A program made the translations under genes and the position numbers. From Mustelus asterias (lineage: Eukaryota), in the NCBI RefSeq assembly GCF_964213995.1, contig NW_027590443.1, forward strand, positions 1 to 64,000: DNA of 64,000 bases. Reading direction: 5' to 3'. Below the pieces are notes generated by a model. That model had not been told where the DNA came from, did not search any database, and saw only the letters and a program-made list of their open reading frames with translations. Positions 1-12,706 of this stretch are shown here, piece after piece (the stretch's first letter is position 1; each line of letters begins with the position of its first letter).

Positions 1-439
1 AGTACCCAAAAATTTATTGGGTACTCCCTTACTTTAGTGGCCTTCCACGAATGTATTACCTCTCACTTCGCTCGACTGAACTCCATTTGCCACTGTTCCA
101 CCCACCTCGCTAGTCCATTGATACCTTCCTATGGTCTACAGCTTGCTTCATCACCCAGCCAACTTTTGAATTGTCTCAGGAATGGTAGTGTAGTGGTTAT
201 GGCTATGGCACTGAACACAAAACTTAGAGGTCATGAGTTCAAATACCATCATAGTAAATTTAAAATTGAATTCAGAAAATTTGCTAATTTGTGGAAGAGC
301 ATTTGAATATGTTAATAGCAGGGCAGGGGTTGCTATTCTTCATCCTTCTTCCATACCCATGGTAACTTGGAAAAAATGTTATGTCTAGGACTTTTTTTTG
401 TTGGTGGTGCATATTTGCATATTACCTTGAGAATGGCGC

Positions 440-3400
440 AGATGACAAAATGGAAAAAATCGGGGGAACATTGTTCTAGATACAGTATATAGAAGGAAAC
501 TATTTCCATTGGCAGAAGGGTTGCAAACAAGAGGACACAAATGTAAGGCAAATGGCAATAAGAACCAATGGTAACAAGAATCAAAACTTTTACACAGTGA
601 TTGTTTCAGTTCTAGAAAACACTTGCCAGAGAAGGTGGTGGAGGTAGATTCAATAGAGCCTTGAAACGGCAATTAGATATTCAACTGAAGAGCCAAAATT
701 TGGTGGACAAGGGGCAAGGGAGTGGAAAAGGGGCAAGGGAGTGGAAAAGGGGCAAGGGAGTGGAAAAGGGGCAAGGGAGTGGAAAAGGGGCAAGGGAGTG
801 GAAAAGGGGCAAGGGAGTGGAAAAGGGGCAAGGGAGTGGAAAAGGGGCAAGGGAGTGGAAAAGGGGCAAGGGAGTGGAAAAGGGGCAAGGGAGTGGAAAA
901 GGGGCAAGGGAGTGGAAAAGGGGCAAGGGAGTGGAAAAGGGGCAAGGGAGTGGAAAAGGGGCAAGGGAGTGGAAAAGGGGCAAGGGAGTGGAAAAGGGGC
1001 AAGGGAGTGGAAAAGGGGCAAGGGAGTGGAAAAGGGGCAAGGGAGTGGAAAAGGGGCAAGGGAGTGGAAAAGGGGCAAGGGAGTGGAAAAGGGGCAAGGG
1101 AGTGGAAAAGGGGCAAGGGAGTGGAAAAGGGGCAAGGGAGTGGAAAAGGGGCAAGGGAGTGGAAAAGGGGCAAGGGAGTGGAAAAGGGGCAAGGGAGTGG
1201 AAAAGGGGCAAGGGAGTGGAAAAGGGGCAAGGGAGTGGAAAAGGGGCAAGGGAGTGGAAAAGGGGCAAGGGAGTGGAAAAGGGGCAAGGGAGTGGAAAAG
1301 GGGCAAGGGAGTGGAAAAGGGGCAAGGGAGTGGAAAAGGGGCAAGGGAGTGGAAAAGGGGCAAGGGAGTGGAAAAGGGGCAAGGGAGTGGAAAAGGGGCA
1401 AGGGAGTGGAAAAGGGGCAAGGGAGTGGAAAAGGGGCAAGGGAGTGGAAAAGGGGCAAGGGAGTGGAAAAGGGGCAAGGGAGTGGAAAAGGGGCAAGGGA
1501 GTGGAAAAGGGGCAAGGGAGTGGAAAAGGGGCAAGGGAGTGGAAAAGGGGCAAGGGAGTGGAAAAGGGGCAAGGGAGTGGAAAAGGGGCAAGGGAGTGGA
1601 AAAGGGGCAAGGGAGTGGAAAAGGGGCAAGGGAGTGGAAAAGGGGCAAGGGAGTGGAAAAGGGGCAAGGGAGTGGAAAAGGGGCAAGGGAGTGGAAAAGG
1701 GGCAAGGGAGTGGAAAAGGGGCAAGGGAGTGGAAAAGGGGCAAGGGAGTGGAAAAGGGGCAAGGGAGTGGAAAAGGGGCAAGGGAGTGGAAAAGGGGCAA
1801 GGGAGTGGAAAAGGGGCAAGGGAGTGGAAAAGGGGCAAGGGAGTGGAAAAGGGGCAAGGGAGTGGAAAAGGGGCAAGGGAGTGGAAAAGGGGCAAGGGAG
1901 TGGAAAAGGGGCAAGGGAGTGGAAAAGGGGCAAGGGAGTGGAAAAGGGGCAAGGGAGTGGAAAAGGGGCAAGGGAGTGGAAAAGGGGCAAGGGAGTGGAA
2001 AAGGGGCAAGGGAGTGGAAAAGGGGCAAGGGAGTGGAAAAGGGGCAAGGGAGTGGAAAAGGGGCAAGGGAGTGGAAAAGGGGCAAGGGAGTGGAAAAGGG
2101 GCAAGGGAGTGGAAAAGGGGCAAGGGAGTGGAAAAGGGGCAAGGGAGTGGAAAAGGGGCAAGGGAGTGGAAAAGGGGCAAGGGAGTGGAAAAGGGGCAAG
2201 GGAGTGGAAAAGGGGCAAGGGAGTGGAAAAGGGGCAAGGGAGTGGAAAAGGGGCAAGGGAGTGGAAAAGGGGCAAGGGAGTGGAAAAGGGGCAAGGGAGT
2301 GGAAAAGGGGCAAGGGAGTGGAAAAGGGGCAAGGGAGTGGAAAAGGGGCAAGGGAGTGGAAAAGGGGCAAGGGAGTGGAAAAGGGGCAAGGGAGTGGAAA
2401 AGGGGCAAGGGAGTGGAAAAGGGGCAAGGGAGTGGAAAAGGGGCAAGGGAGTGGAAAAGGGGCAAGGGAGTGGAAAAGGGGCAAGGGAGTGGAAAAGGGG
2501 CAAGGGAGTGGAAAAGGGGCAAGGGAGTGGAAAAGGGGCAAGGGAGTGGAAAAGGGGCAAGGGAGTGGAAAAGGGGCAAGGGAGTGGAAAAGGGGCAAGG
2601 GAGTGGAAAAGGGGCAAGGGAGTGGAAAAGGGGCAAGGGAGTGGAAAAGGGGCAAGGGAGTGGAAAAGGGGCAAGGGAGTGGAAAAGGGGCAAGGGAGTG
2701 GAAAAGGGGCAAGGGAGTGGAAAAGGGGCAAGGGAGTGGAAAAGGGGCAAGGGAGTGGAAAAGGGGCAAGGGAGTGGAAAAGGGGCAAGGGAGTGGAAAA
2801 GGGGCAAGGGAGTGGAAAAGGGGCAAGGGAGTGGAAAAGGGGCAAGGGAGTGGAAAAGGGGCAAGGGAGTGGAAAAGGGGCAAGGGAGTGGAAAAGGGGC
2901 AAGGGAGTGGAAAAGGGGCAAGGGAGTGGAAAAGGGGCAAGGGAGTGGAAAAGGGGCAAGGGAGTGGAAAAGGGGCAAGGGAGTGGAAAAGGGGCAAGGG
3001 AGTGGAAAAGGGGCAAGGGAGTGGAAAAGGGGCAAGGGAGTGGAAAAGGGGCAAGGGAGTGGAAAAGGGGCAAGGGAGTGGAAAAGGGGCAAGGGAGTGG
3101 AAAAGGGGCAAGGGAGTGGAAAAGGGGCAAGGGAGTGGAAAAGGGGCAAGGGAGTGGAAAAGGGGCAAGGGAGTGGAAAAGGGGCAAGGGAGTGGAAAAG
3201 GGGCAAGGGAGTGGAAAAGGGGCAAGGGAGTGGAAAAGGGGCAAGGGAGTGGAAAAGGGGCAAGGGAGTGGAAAAGGGGCAAGGGAGTGGAAAAGGGGCA
3301 AGGGAGTGGAAAAGGGGCAAGGGAGTGGAAAAGGGGCAAGGGAGTGGAAAAGGGGCAAGGGAGTGGAAAAGGGGCAAGGGAGTGGAAAAGGGGCAAGGGA

Positions 3401-5700
3401 GTGGAAAAGGGGCAAGGGAGTGGAAAAGGGGCAAGGGAGTGGAAAAGGGGCAAGGGAGTGGAAAAGGGGCAAGGGAGTGGAAAAGGGGCAAGGGAGTGGA
3501 AAAGGGGCAAGGGAGTGGAAAAGGGGCAAGGGAGTGGAAAAGGGGCAAGGGAGTGGAAAAGGGGCAAGGGAGTGGAAAAGGGGCAAGGGAGTGGAAAAGG
3601 GGCAAGGGAGTGGAAAAGGGGCAAGGGAGTGGAAAAGGGGCAAGGGAGTGGAAAAGGGGCAAGGGAGTGGAAAAGGGGCAAGGGAGTGGAAAAGGGGCAA
3701 GGGAGTGGAAAAGGGGCAAGGGAGTGGAAAAGGGGCAAGGGAGTGGAAAAGGGGCAAGGGAGTGGAAAAGGGGCAAGGGAGTGGAAAAGGGGCAAGGGAG
3801 TGGAAAAGGGGCAAGGGAGTGGAAAAGGGGCAAGGGAGTGGAAAAGGGGCAAGGGAGTGGAAAAGGGGCAAGGGAGTGGAAAAGGGGCAAGGGAGTGGAA
3901 AAGGGGCAAGGGAGTGGAAAAGGGGCAAGGGAGTGGAAAAGGGGCAAGGGAGTGGAAAAGGGGCAAGGGAGTGGAAAAGGGGCAAGGGAGTGGAAAAGGG
4001 GCAAGGGAGTGGAAAAGGGGCAAGGGAGTGGAAAAGGGGCAAGGGAGTGGAAAAGGGGCAAGGGAGTGGAAAAGGGGCAAGGGAGTGGAAAAGGGGCAAG
4101 GGAGTGGAAAAGGGGCAAGGGAGTGGAAAAGGGGCAAGGGAGTGGAAAAGGGGCAAGGGAGTGGAAAAGGGGCAAGGGAGTGGAAAAGGGGCAAGGGAGT
4201 GGAAAAGGGGCAAGGGAGTGGAAAAGGGGCAAGGGAGTGGAAAAGGGGCAAGGGAGTGGAAAAGGGGCAAGGGAGTGGAAAAGGGGCAAGGGAGTGGAAA
4301 AGGGGCAAGGGAGTGGAAAAGGGGCAAGGGAGTGGAAAAGGGGCAAGGGAGTGGAAAAGGGGCAAGGGAGTGGAAAAGGGGCAAGGGAGTGGAAAAGGGG
4401 CAAGGGAGTGGAAAAGGGGCAAGGGAGTGGAAAAGGGGCAAGGGAGTGGAAAAGGGGCAAGGGAGTGGAAAAGGGGCAAGGGAGTGGAAAAGGGGCAAGG
4501 GAGTGGAAAAGGGGCAAGGGAGTGGAAAAGGGGCAAGGGAGTGGAAAAGGGGCAAGGGAGTGGAAAAGGGGCAAGGGAGTGGAAAAGGGGCAAGGGAGTG
4601 GAAAAGGGGCAAGGGAGTGGAAAAGGGGCAAGGGAGTGGAAAAGGGGCAAGGGAGTGGAAAAGGGGCAAGGGAGTGGAAAAGGGGCAAGGGAGTGGAAAA
4701 GGGGCAAGGGAGTGGAAAAGGGGCAAGGGAGTGGAAAAGGGGCAAGGGAGTGGAAAAGGGGCAAGGGAGTGGAAAAGGGGCAAGGGAGTGGAAAAGGGGC
4801 AAGGGAGTGGAAAAGGGGCAAGGGAGTGGAAAAGGGGCAAGGGAGTGGAAAAGGGGCAAGGGAGTGGAAAAGGGGCAAGGGAGTGGAAAAGGGGCAAGGG
4901 AGTGGAAAAGGGGCAAGGGAGTGGAAAAGGGGCAAGGGAGTGGAAAAGGGGCAAGGGAGTGGAAAAGGGGCAAGGGAGTGGAAAAGGGGCAAGGGAGTGG
5001 AAAAGGGGCAAGGGAGTGGAAAAGGGGCAAGGGAGTGGAAAAGGGGCAAGGGAGTGGAAAAGGGGCAAGGGAGTGGAAAAGGGGCAAGGGAGTGGAAAAG
5101 GGGCAAGGGAGTGGAAAAGGGGCAAGGGAGTGGAAAAGGGGCAAGGGAGTGGAAAAGGGGCAAGGGAGTGGAAAAGGGGCAAGGGAGTGGAAAAGGGGCA
5201 AGGGAGTGGAAAAGGGGCAAGGGAGTGGAAAAGGGGCAAGGGAGTGGAAAAGGGGCAAGGGAGTGGAAAAGGGGCAAGGGAGTGGAAAAGGGGCAAGGGA
5301 GTGGAAAAGGGGCAAGGGAGTGGAAAAGGGGCAAGGGAGTGGAAAAGGGGCAAGGGAGTGGAAAAGGGGCAAGGGAGTGGAAAAGGGGCAAGGGAGTGGA
5401 AAAGGGGCAAGGGAGTGGAAAAGGGGCAAGGGAGTGGAAAAGGGGCAAGGGAGTGGAAAAGGGGCAAGGGAGTGGAAAAGGGGCAAGGGAGTGGAAAAGG
5501 GGCAAGGGAGTGGAAAAGGGGCAAGGGAGTGGAAAAGGGGCAAGGGAGTGGAAAAGGGGCAAGGGAGTGGAAAAGGGGCAAGGGAGTGGAAAAGGGGCAA
5601 GGGAGTGGAAAAGGGGCAAGGGAGTGGCATTAACTAAATCCTTACAGATGCAACAAGCCAAATGGTCTCCTTATGTTCCATGACCATTCTATAATTTTAT
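440..5700 (+). mobile_element. Decayed CR1 LINE 3' end hosting the minisatellite
   Basis: The left flank (ggaaactatttccattggcagaagggttgcaaacaagaggacacaaa...gagaaggtggtggaggtagattcaata) and right flank (aagccaaatggtctcctt...attcta) are contiguous parts of a CR1 ORF2 end and 3' UTR. Confidence 0.75.
703..5627 (+). repeat. Perfect 19-bp minisatellite (GGAAAAGGGGCAAGGGAGT)n, about 259 copies
   Basis: Uninterrupted 19-nt period with no variant seen except the first unit (GGACAAGGGG...). It explains all six 1600-aa repetitive ORFs. Confidence 0.99.
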
Positions 5701-5929
5701 ATGGAAACTGTGCATGCATTTAAGGTACAGGAACTAATCATACTTGAACAACTACATCTTGCAGATTTCAGCTCAGCTCAATGGCCTCCCATATTTACAC
5801 AAGTACAGAATATGCCACTACACCACTTAAGTTGCAAATTATTTACAACTGATTGCAAAATCCATCTTCTGAGATTGAAATCTGGACTCAAGTCCGTGAT
5901 GCGCATCAGTTCCTTGCAGAAGGTGAGAT

Positions 5930-6212
5930 GTAGAAGGATTAGAGGTGACATATGGAAAAACATTTTCACCCAGAGGGTGGCTGGTGTCTGAAATTTACTG
6001 CCTGAATGGGTTGAGGCTGAAACACTCCACTTACTTAAAAGGTAGCTGGATCTGCACCTGAAGTGTTTTAACCTGCAAGACTACAGACAAGGTGCTGGAA
6101 AGTGGGATTAAAATGAGCAGCTAGTTTCTTTGTTTCTCTCTTTTGGCTGGTGCAGACACGATGGGCCGAATGGCCACTTTCTGCACCACAACTTTTCTAT
6201 GGTTCTATGTTC
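5930..6212 (+). mobile_element. CR1 3' end fragment
   Basis: Encodes RIRGDIWKNIFTQRVAGV; ends with gatgggccgaatggcc and a ttctatg tail. Confidence 0.75.
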
Positions 6213-7749
6213 TAAGTCCTGACAAGTGCATAAGCACTGTAACTGTCCAGGAAGTTTAAGTTTCCAATGGGCTAATTTGTGCTATCCTGGACTTCACGCA
6301 AATATCGCAAACTGATTTCAATGACAGAGGTGCACTAGATATGCACTATTTACCTGAATACTTAACCGAGACATGTTACACTGTTTAGCATTTGATATAA
6401 CTCAGTGTTCAACAATTTAACCCAACCCACCACTCTCCCCACACGTAGGTCCTCTCACATCCCCGACCCAATTACTGCCTGAACCAACAAGAACCCCCAG
6501 CACCAAAACAATGACCAATATGACACTCCAATCCTCACTTCCCCCACCACTGACCTGAACCAACTGTCCACTCCCATTCCTCCATCCATTTGCCCACAAA
6601 AGCCTTCAAACATTTAGATGAAACGGCCACTAATGTGGTAAAAAGAGGGCGTGTCATATGCACCTCTTCTACCATTCGTCTCTAGCCTTCACCTTGAAAG
6701 GTTGCGCTGATGCATCGCCTGGTGCAGACAGGATCTGAAACCCAGGCTGGAAGAGTGCAAAAAGGTCAGGGTGCAGAGATATTTACAGGCAGCAGCAATA
6801 CGCTCAGTATCGCCGCTGACCACAAGGTCTGGGTTGTGCGTTTCCATTTCAGACTAAGCCTGAATTGATATGAAAGCATACTTTTGGGGGCAAAAGTGAG
6901 CATTCACGTCTCAAAATACTAAAAGAGTGGAGACACTATAATTTTCCAAAAAAAATTTATGCCCAAAACTTTTTTTTAATGCTTCTGATTAGAGTGGACT
7001 GACAGCTACAATTCATAACTTGCAATCCTGCACCACGCGAGAACTTCATGTTTCATGCATCTCGAAATGAAACTGAGGATTTCAGATTGAGGAGCAGCTG
7101 GGCTTCACTGCTAGGCTGACAAATGGTTGAATGTTTTCTCCAAGTTAAGTTCCAAGAGATTGTCAACCCACAGTCGGACAGAGTTCAGAGCAACAAGTAG
7201 AAATGTGATTGCCAGGGGAAGAAACAGGCAGTTCTGATACCATCAATGCAAGTCCTGTATGGTACATTGCATCCCTGGTGCCAAGCTGAGAAACATCACA
7301 GAGATGGTACAGCATATTATACAGGAGGAGCAGGATGAACCACAAGTCTTGGGCCAAGTCGCGGTACAGAATAGGCTTGAGATGCTGCATTCAAGAGCTT
7401 AAGTTGCAAGTTAAAAAGCAGGACCTAACTAATCCCTATTTAACACCCAGTGTCACATACGTGAGACTAGAAATAGAACAATGTGTCACGTTAATGCGTA
7501 GCCGAAGACATACAGTATAGGAGCAGTCTTCAGACTCTTGGGATATTAACAGCAGTTTAGTAGCAAGAAATATTTGTTCAAGATGCAGAGTTGGGACAAA
7601 TATCCCCATAGACAGGTTAACTTGTGCTGTCGGAGAGAACTTAAACCCTTGGCAGAGGTGTGGGCACCAAGGCAAAGTCTTAAGCAATTTCTCTTCCAAT
7701 CCTCTGTGCACTGGAAATGATTCAATGTGGTCTAATTTAGGGTAGAGTG

Positions 7750-8505
7750 CATGCATATCAATGCCTTAAGTATAGCTAACAAGGTTGGCGAGCTGCAGCT
7801 GCAAATGTCCACATCCAAATTCAAAATTCAAAAAAAGTGACAATAACAGATAGATGGCACAAAAAAGGGGGGGATGTTTGCGCAAAAATCTTTGAAGGTG
7901 GCATGAGAGGTTAACAAAGTAGTTGATAAATCTTTTGGGATCCTTGGCTTTACAAATAGAGGTACAGAGTACAAAAGCCAGGATTTTAACGCTGAACCGA
8001 TAGAAAATACTGGTTCAACCCCAGCTCATGTCAAACTTTAGGGAGGGTAGAGAAGAGATTTACCAGGATGGTTCCAGGGATGAGGGGAATTACAATTTCA
8101 CGGAGAGACTGTAGAAGCAGTTATGCTTGGAAAAGGTATGGCTTAGAGGAGATTTGATTGAAGTGTTTAAAAATCATGAAGGGTTTAGAGAGAGCAAATA
8201 AAGAGAAATTATCTCCAGTGGCCGAAGAATCAATCAATAACCAGAGAGCACAGATTTAATTGGCAGAAAAACCAGACGAGCTTTTTTTTAAAGAAAAAAT
8301 GAGTAGTTAGGATTTAAATTGCACTGTGATAGGGTGGTGAAAAGAAATTTCACAGCAGGTTTCAGAAGGGAATTTGATAAATACTTAAAAGAGAAAAAAC
8401 TACTGGGATATGGGGAGAGAACAGTGCGAACAGGATTGAAGAGGCAGCATTGACTGTGTGGACTAAATGGCCTCCACGTGTGCTGTACAGTTCTATGATT
8501 CTATA
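7750..8505 (+). mobile_element. Decayed, internally deleted CR1 fragment
   Basis: Remnant of the endonuclease start, ORF2 C-terminal motifs (gagatttaccaggatggttccagggatgagg) and a ttctatga tail. Confidence 0.7.
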
Positions 8506-9115
8506 AACGGCCACAGATTCAGGCAGTAAAATGTTCAACTCAAATGTGCTTCCGGCTACTGAAAATAAGCAATCAGTTGCATGCCAGGCTACTGATGGAG
8601 CTTTGTACTACTGCAGAATTTCTCGAAAACGAGAGGTGTGTACAAAAAACCTCAATGGATTGCTTTACAATGAAGTGGTATAAAAGTTTATTACGTTTTG
8701 GGAATGTCTGTTTAAATTTCAGGTAAAATGAAAAAGGTCATGCAACTTGTGCTGAAGTTTGCCTGACAACCGATCTGGGTGATGGGGCTGTTGAAAATTA
8801 AAGGAAAGCCCAGATTATTTTACTGGAAAAAAGGTGCAAGGTATTCACACTTGCACGCAATGTCAAAGGCAGCTGTGATGCTGCTGATGGATGGACTGAG
8901 AGTTTCCAAACCCTGGGCAAGTTTTAAGAATGTCAAGTTTTAAAAGGGTGCACGTTGAACTGCTTTCCTGATTCCAGGGCAGGATAGGGTTGGGGGCCCA
9001 TACAATAGATAGTCAGCATTTCTACCTGGATACAAAGCCCATGTGATTCATGCTGCCGTGAGGAAGAGTTCAGAGAAAGCTATTTCATACATCAGGCTTT
9101 CCCAAAATATCACAA

Positions 9116-9227
9116 ATTGTCACAGGTAGGTGGGTTAGTCTGCCATGGTCTGGGAAAGAGAGCAGCTGGAGGATCAGCTTCTCTCTTTCCCAGACCACGG
9201 CAGACTAACCCACCTACCTGTGACAAT
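9116..9227. repeat. Near-perfect 112-nt inverted repeat (hairpin)
   Basis: 47-bp arms 9116-9162 and 9181-9227 with one mismatch, then a 1-nt mismatch, a 5-bp inner stem AGCTG/CAGCT and a 6-nt loop. Confidence 0.95.
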
Positions 9228-9837
9228 AGTTCACAGCACTGCATTACGCGTGGCAGCTCAAGCTTGGATTGGAAAGACCAAATGTGTGAGGTGTTAAAAT
9301 GAAGCTGAAACATTTGCCTAGTTTACACTTGACTAGAGCGAGGATCTTCAGTAATAACCTCACTATGAATGACAGTTCTGGAGTAATGAGTTACCAGGCT
9401 AAGGAAAAAAAGTAAATCCTCAGGAGCGAAGGACCACTTTGGATTGATTTCAGGAATACTGAATGTCTACTCAAAGAACAATGCAACGCATACCTATGAA
9501 GTGTCAGTGCTGTGCTAAAATCATCACGGGGGGGGGGGGGGGGGGTATTCCATTCTGTGGTTTAAAATAAAAGTTGCCTATAAGATACTACTTAGTCATT
9601 AGAGCATTTACTTTTCAGGTGCAGTAAATGCCTCAAAGTATGAAATCTTACTGTGTTATTCTTTCAGCTATTAAGAGTCAGTTTGAATGTATTTTTAAAA
9701 GTTATCAGTCTGTTTGGGGGATTACAATTGGTACCATGTGAACAAACAGACAAGGCATAATTGACTGCATTATGGAGTAATCCATGTTGAAAAATCTTCT
9801 GAAAGGTAGTTTGTCTCAAGGCACCTTTTTGATTATA

Positions 9838-11722
9838 GAGGTCTACAGCATGGAAACAGACCTTTCGGCCCAACTTGTCCATGCCGCCCTTTTTTTAAAA
9901 TCCCTAAGCTGGTCCCAATTGCCCGCATTTGGCCCATATCCCTCTATACCCATCTTTCCCACATAACTGACTAAGTGCTTTTTAAAAGAAAAAATTGTAC
10001 CTGCCTCTACCACTACCTCTGGCAGCTTGTTCCAGACACACACCACCGTGTGAAACAATTGCCCCTCTGAACCCTTTTGTATCTCTCCCCGCTCACCTTA
10101 AACCTATGCCCTCTAGTTTTAGACACCCCTACCGTTGGGAAAAGATATTGACTATCTAGCTGATCTACGCCCCTCATTATTTTGTAGACCTTTATAAGAT
10201 CACCCCTCAGCCTCCAATGCTCCAGAGAAAAAAGTCCCAGTCTATCCAGCCTCTCCTTATAACTCAAACTATCAAATCCCGGTAGCATCCTAGTAGATCT
10301 TTTCTGCACTCTTTCTAGTTTAATAATATCCTTTCTAGAATAGGGTGACCAGAACTGTACACAGTATTCCAAGTGCGGCCTTACCAATCTCTTATATAAC
10401 TTCAACAAGACGTCCCAACTCCTGTATTCAACGTTCTGACCAATGAAACCAATCAAGCATGCTGAATGCCTTCTTCACCACTCTGCCCACCTGTGACTCC
10501 ACTTTCAAGGAGCAATGAACCTGTATCCCTACATCACTTTGTTCTGTAACTCTCCCCAACGCCCTACCATTAACTGAGTAAGTCCTGCTAAGTCCTGCCC
10601 TGGTTCAATCTACCAAAATGCATCACCTCGCATTTATCTGAATTAAACTCCATTTGCCATTCGTCAGTCCACTGGCCCAATTGATCAAGATTCTGTTGCA
10701 ATCCGAGATAATCTTCTTCACTGTCCGCTATGCCACCAATCGATGTCATCTGCAAACTTACTAACCATGCCTCCTATATTCTCATCCAAATCATTAATAT
10801 AAATGACAAATAACAGTGGACCCAGCACCAATCCCTGAGGCACACCGCTGGTCACAGGCCTCCAGTTTGAAACCACCCTCTACCTTCTGTCATCAAGCCA
10901 ATTTTGTATCCATTTAGCTACCTCACCCTGGATCCCATGAGATTTAACCTTATGCAACAACCTACCATGCGGTACCTTGTAAAAGGCCTTGCTAAAGTCC
11001 ATGTAGACAACATCAACAGCACTGCCCTCATCTACCTTCTTGGTTACCCCTTCAAAAAACTCAATTAAATTTGTGAGACATGATTTTCCACTCTCAAAGC
11101 CTTGCTGACTGTCCCCAATCAGTCCTTGCTTCTCTAAATGCCTATAGATCCTGTCTCTCAAAATACCTTCCAACAACTTACCCACCACAGATGTGAGACT
11201 CACCGGCCTGTAGTTCCCAGGCTTTTCCCTGCAGCCCTTTTTAAACAAAGGCACAATATTTGCCACCCTCCAATCTTCAGGCACCTATCAATGTGACTAT
11301 CGATGATACAAATATCTCTGCTAGGGACCCGCAATTTTCTCCCTAGCCTCCCACAATGTCCTGGGATACATTTCATCAGGTCCCGGGGATTTATCTAATT
11401 TGATGCGGTTTAAGACTTCCAGCACCACCTCCTCTGTAATATGTACACTCCTCAAGACATCACTATTTATTTCCCCAAGTTCCCTAACATCCATGCTTTT
11501 CTCAACAGTAAATACGGATGAGAAATATTCACTTAGGATCTCACCCATCTCTTGTGGATCCGCACATAGATGACCTTGTTGATCCTTAAGAGGTGCTACT
11601 CTCTCCCTAGTTACTCTTTTGGCCTTTATGCCTATTTGTAGAAGCTCTTTGGATTCTCCTTTGCCTTATCTGCCAAAACAATTTCGTGTCCCCTTTTTGC
11701 CCTCCTGATTTCTCTCTCAACC
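9838..11722 (-). mobile_element. 5'-truncated CR1 LINE, RT region with frameshifts
   Basis: ORF fragments KSPGPDEMYPR, PEDWRVANIVPLFKKG...NYRPVSLTS, DFSKAFYKVPH and RPHLEYCVQFWSP. Confidence 0.93.
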
Positions 11723-12706
11723 TGGATCATTTAAACATCTTTTTGCTTTGTAAACTACTTTGCGTAAATGACCTTTGAAAAATTAGTGTTAAGAAACGTT
11801 CATGCCCAAACGGATCGGACTTTATGTTTTTCAACATATTAAATAAGGGTAAAACAAAAAGGACAAAAATTGCATTTCAGAGATTTAATTTAGCTTTAGG
11901 TTTAATATCTCAGTAGTAAATCCACTAATGCTTGAGTAGCATTATAGAAGTCGGCCATTAAGCCCATCACACCTGCTCCACCATTCAATGTGATCAGTCA
12001 GGGCTAATCCTCCATCTCAATATCATAGTCCTGCTCTCTTTCTGCACCCACTGACCCATCCCTGCATCCAGTCTGATTTTTACATGTTTCATGAGATCTT
12101 CTCTCATTCTTTTAAACTCCAGTGAATACAGGTCTAATCAACTCAATCTCTCCTCATATGACAATCCTGCCATCCCAGGAATCAAACTGGTCAACCTTTA
12201 CTGCACTCCTTCTCTGGCAAGTATATTTTCTTTGGTAAGGAAATCAAAATTGAACACAACACTCCAAATGGGGTCCCACCAAGGCCCTGTACGGCTGCAG
12301 TAAGACATCCTTGCTCCTGTACTCAAATCCTCTTGCAATGAAGGCTAACATACCATTTGCTAACTGCTTGCTGCACCTGCATGCTTGCTTTCAAAGACTG
12401 GTGTACAAGGACACACAGGTCCCTTTGTACAAAATTCCACAATCTATCACCATTTAAATAATATTCTGCATTCTGTTTTTCCTGCCGAAGTGAATAACCT
12501 CACACCAATCCACATAATACTGCATCTGCTATGTATTTGCTCACTCAAATTGTCTAAATCATCCTGAAGCCTCTCTACTTCCTCTTCACCACTCAAAATT
12601 CCACCTAGTTTTGTATTGTCGGTAAACTTGGAAATATTACATTTAATTCCCTCATCCAAATTGTTGATTTATATTGCGAATAGTTGGGGCCCCAAGCATC
12701 CTGTGG

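Noticed and set aside
703-5627. CRISPR-like or telomeric array next to reverse transcriptases
   Set aside because: There are no spacers and it is not TTAGGG; the context is a vertebrate intron and the RTs are ordinary CR1 ORF2s
650-5683. Six ORFs of about 1650 aa (GKGAREWKR... and PLPLFHSLAP...)
   Set aside because: Artefacts of a stop-free 19-bp repeat: all three frames on each strand give the same 19-aa cycle
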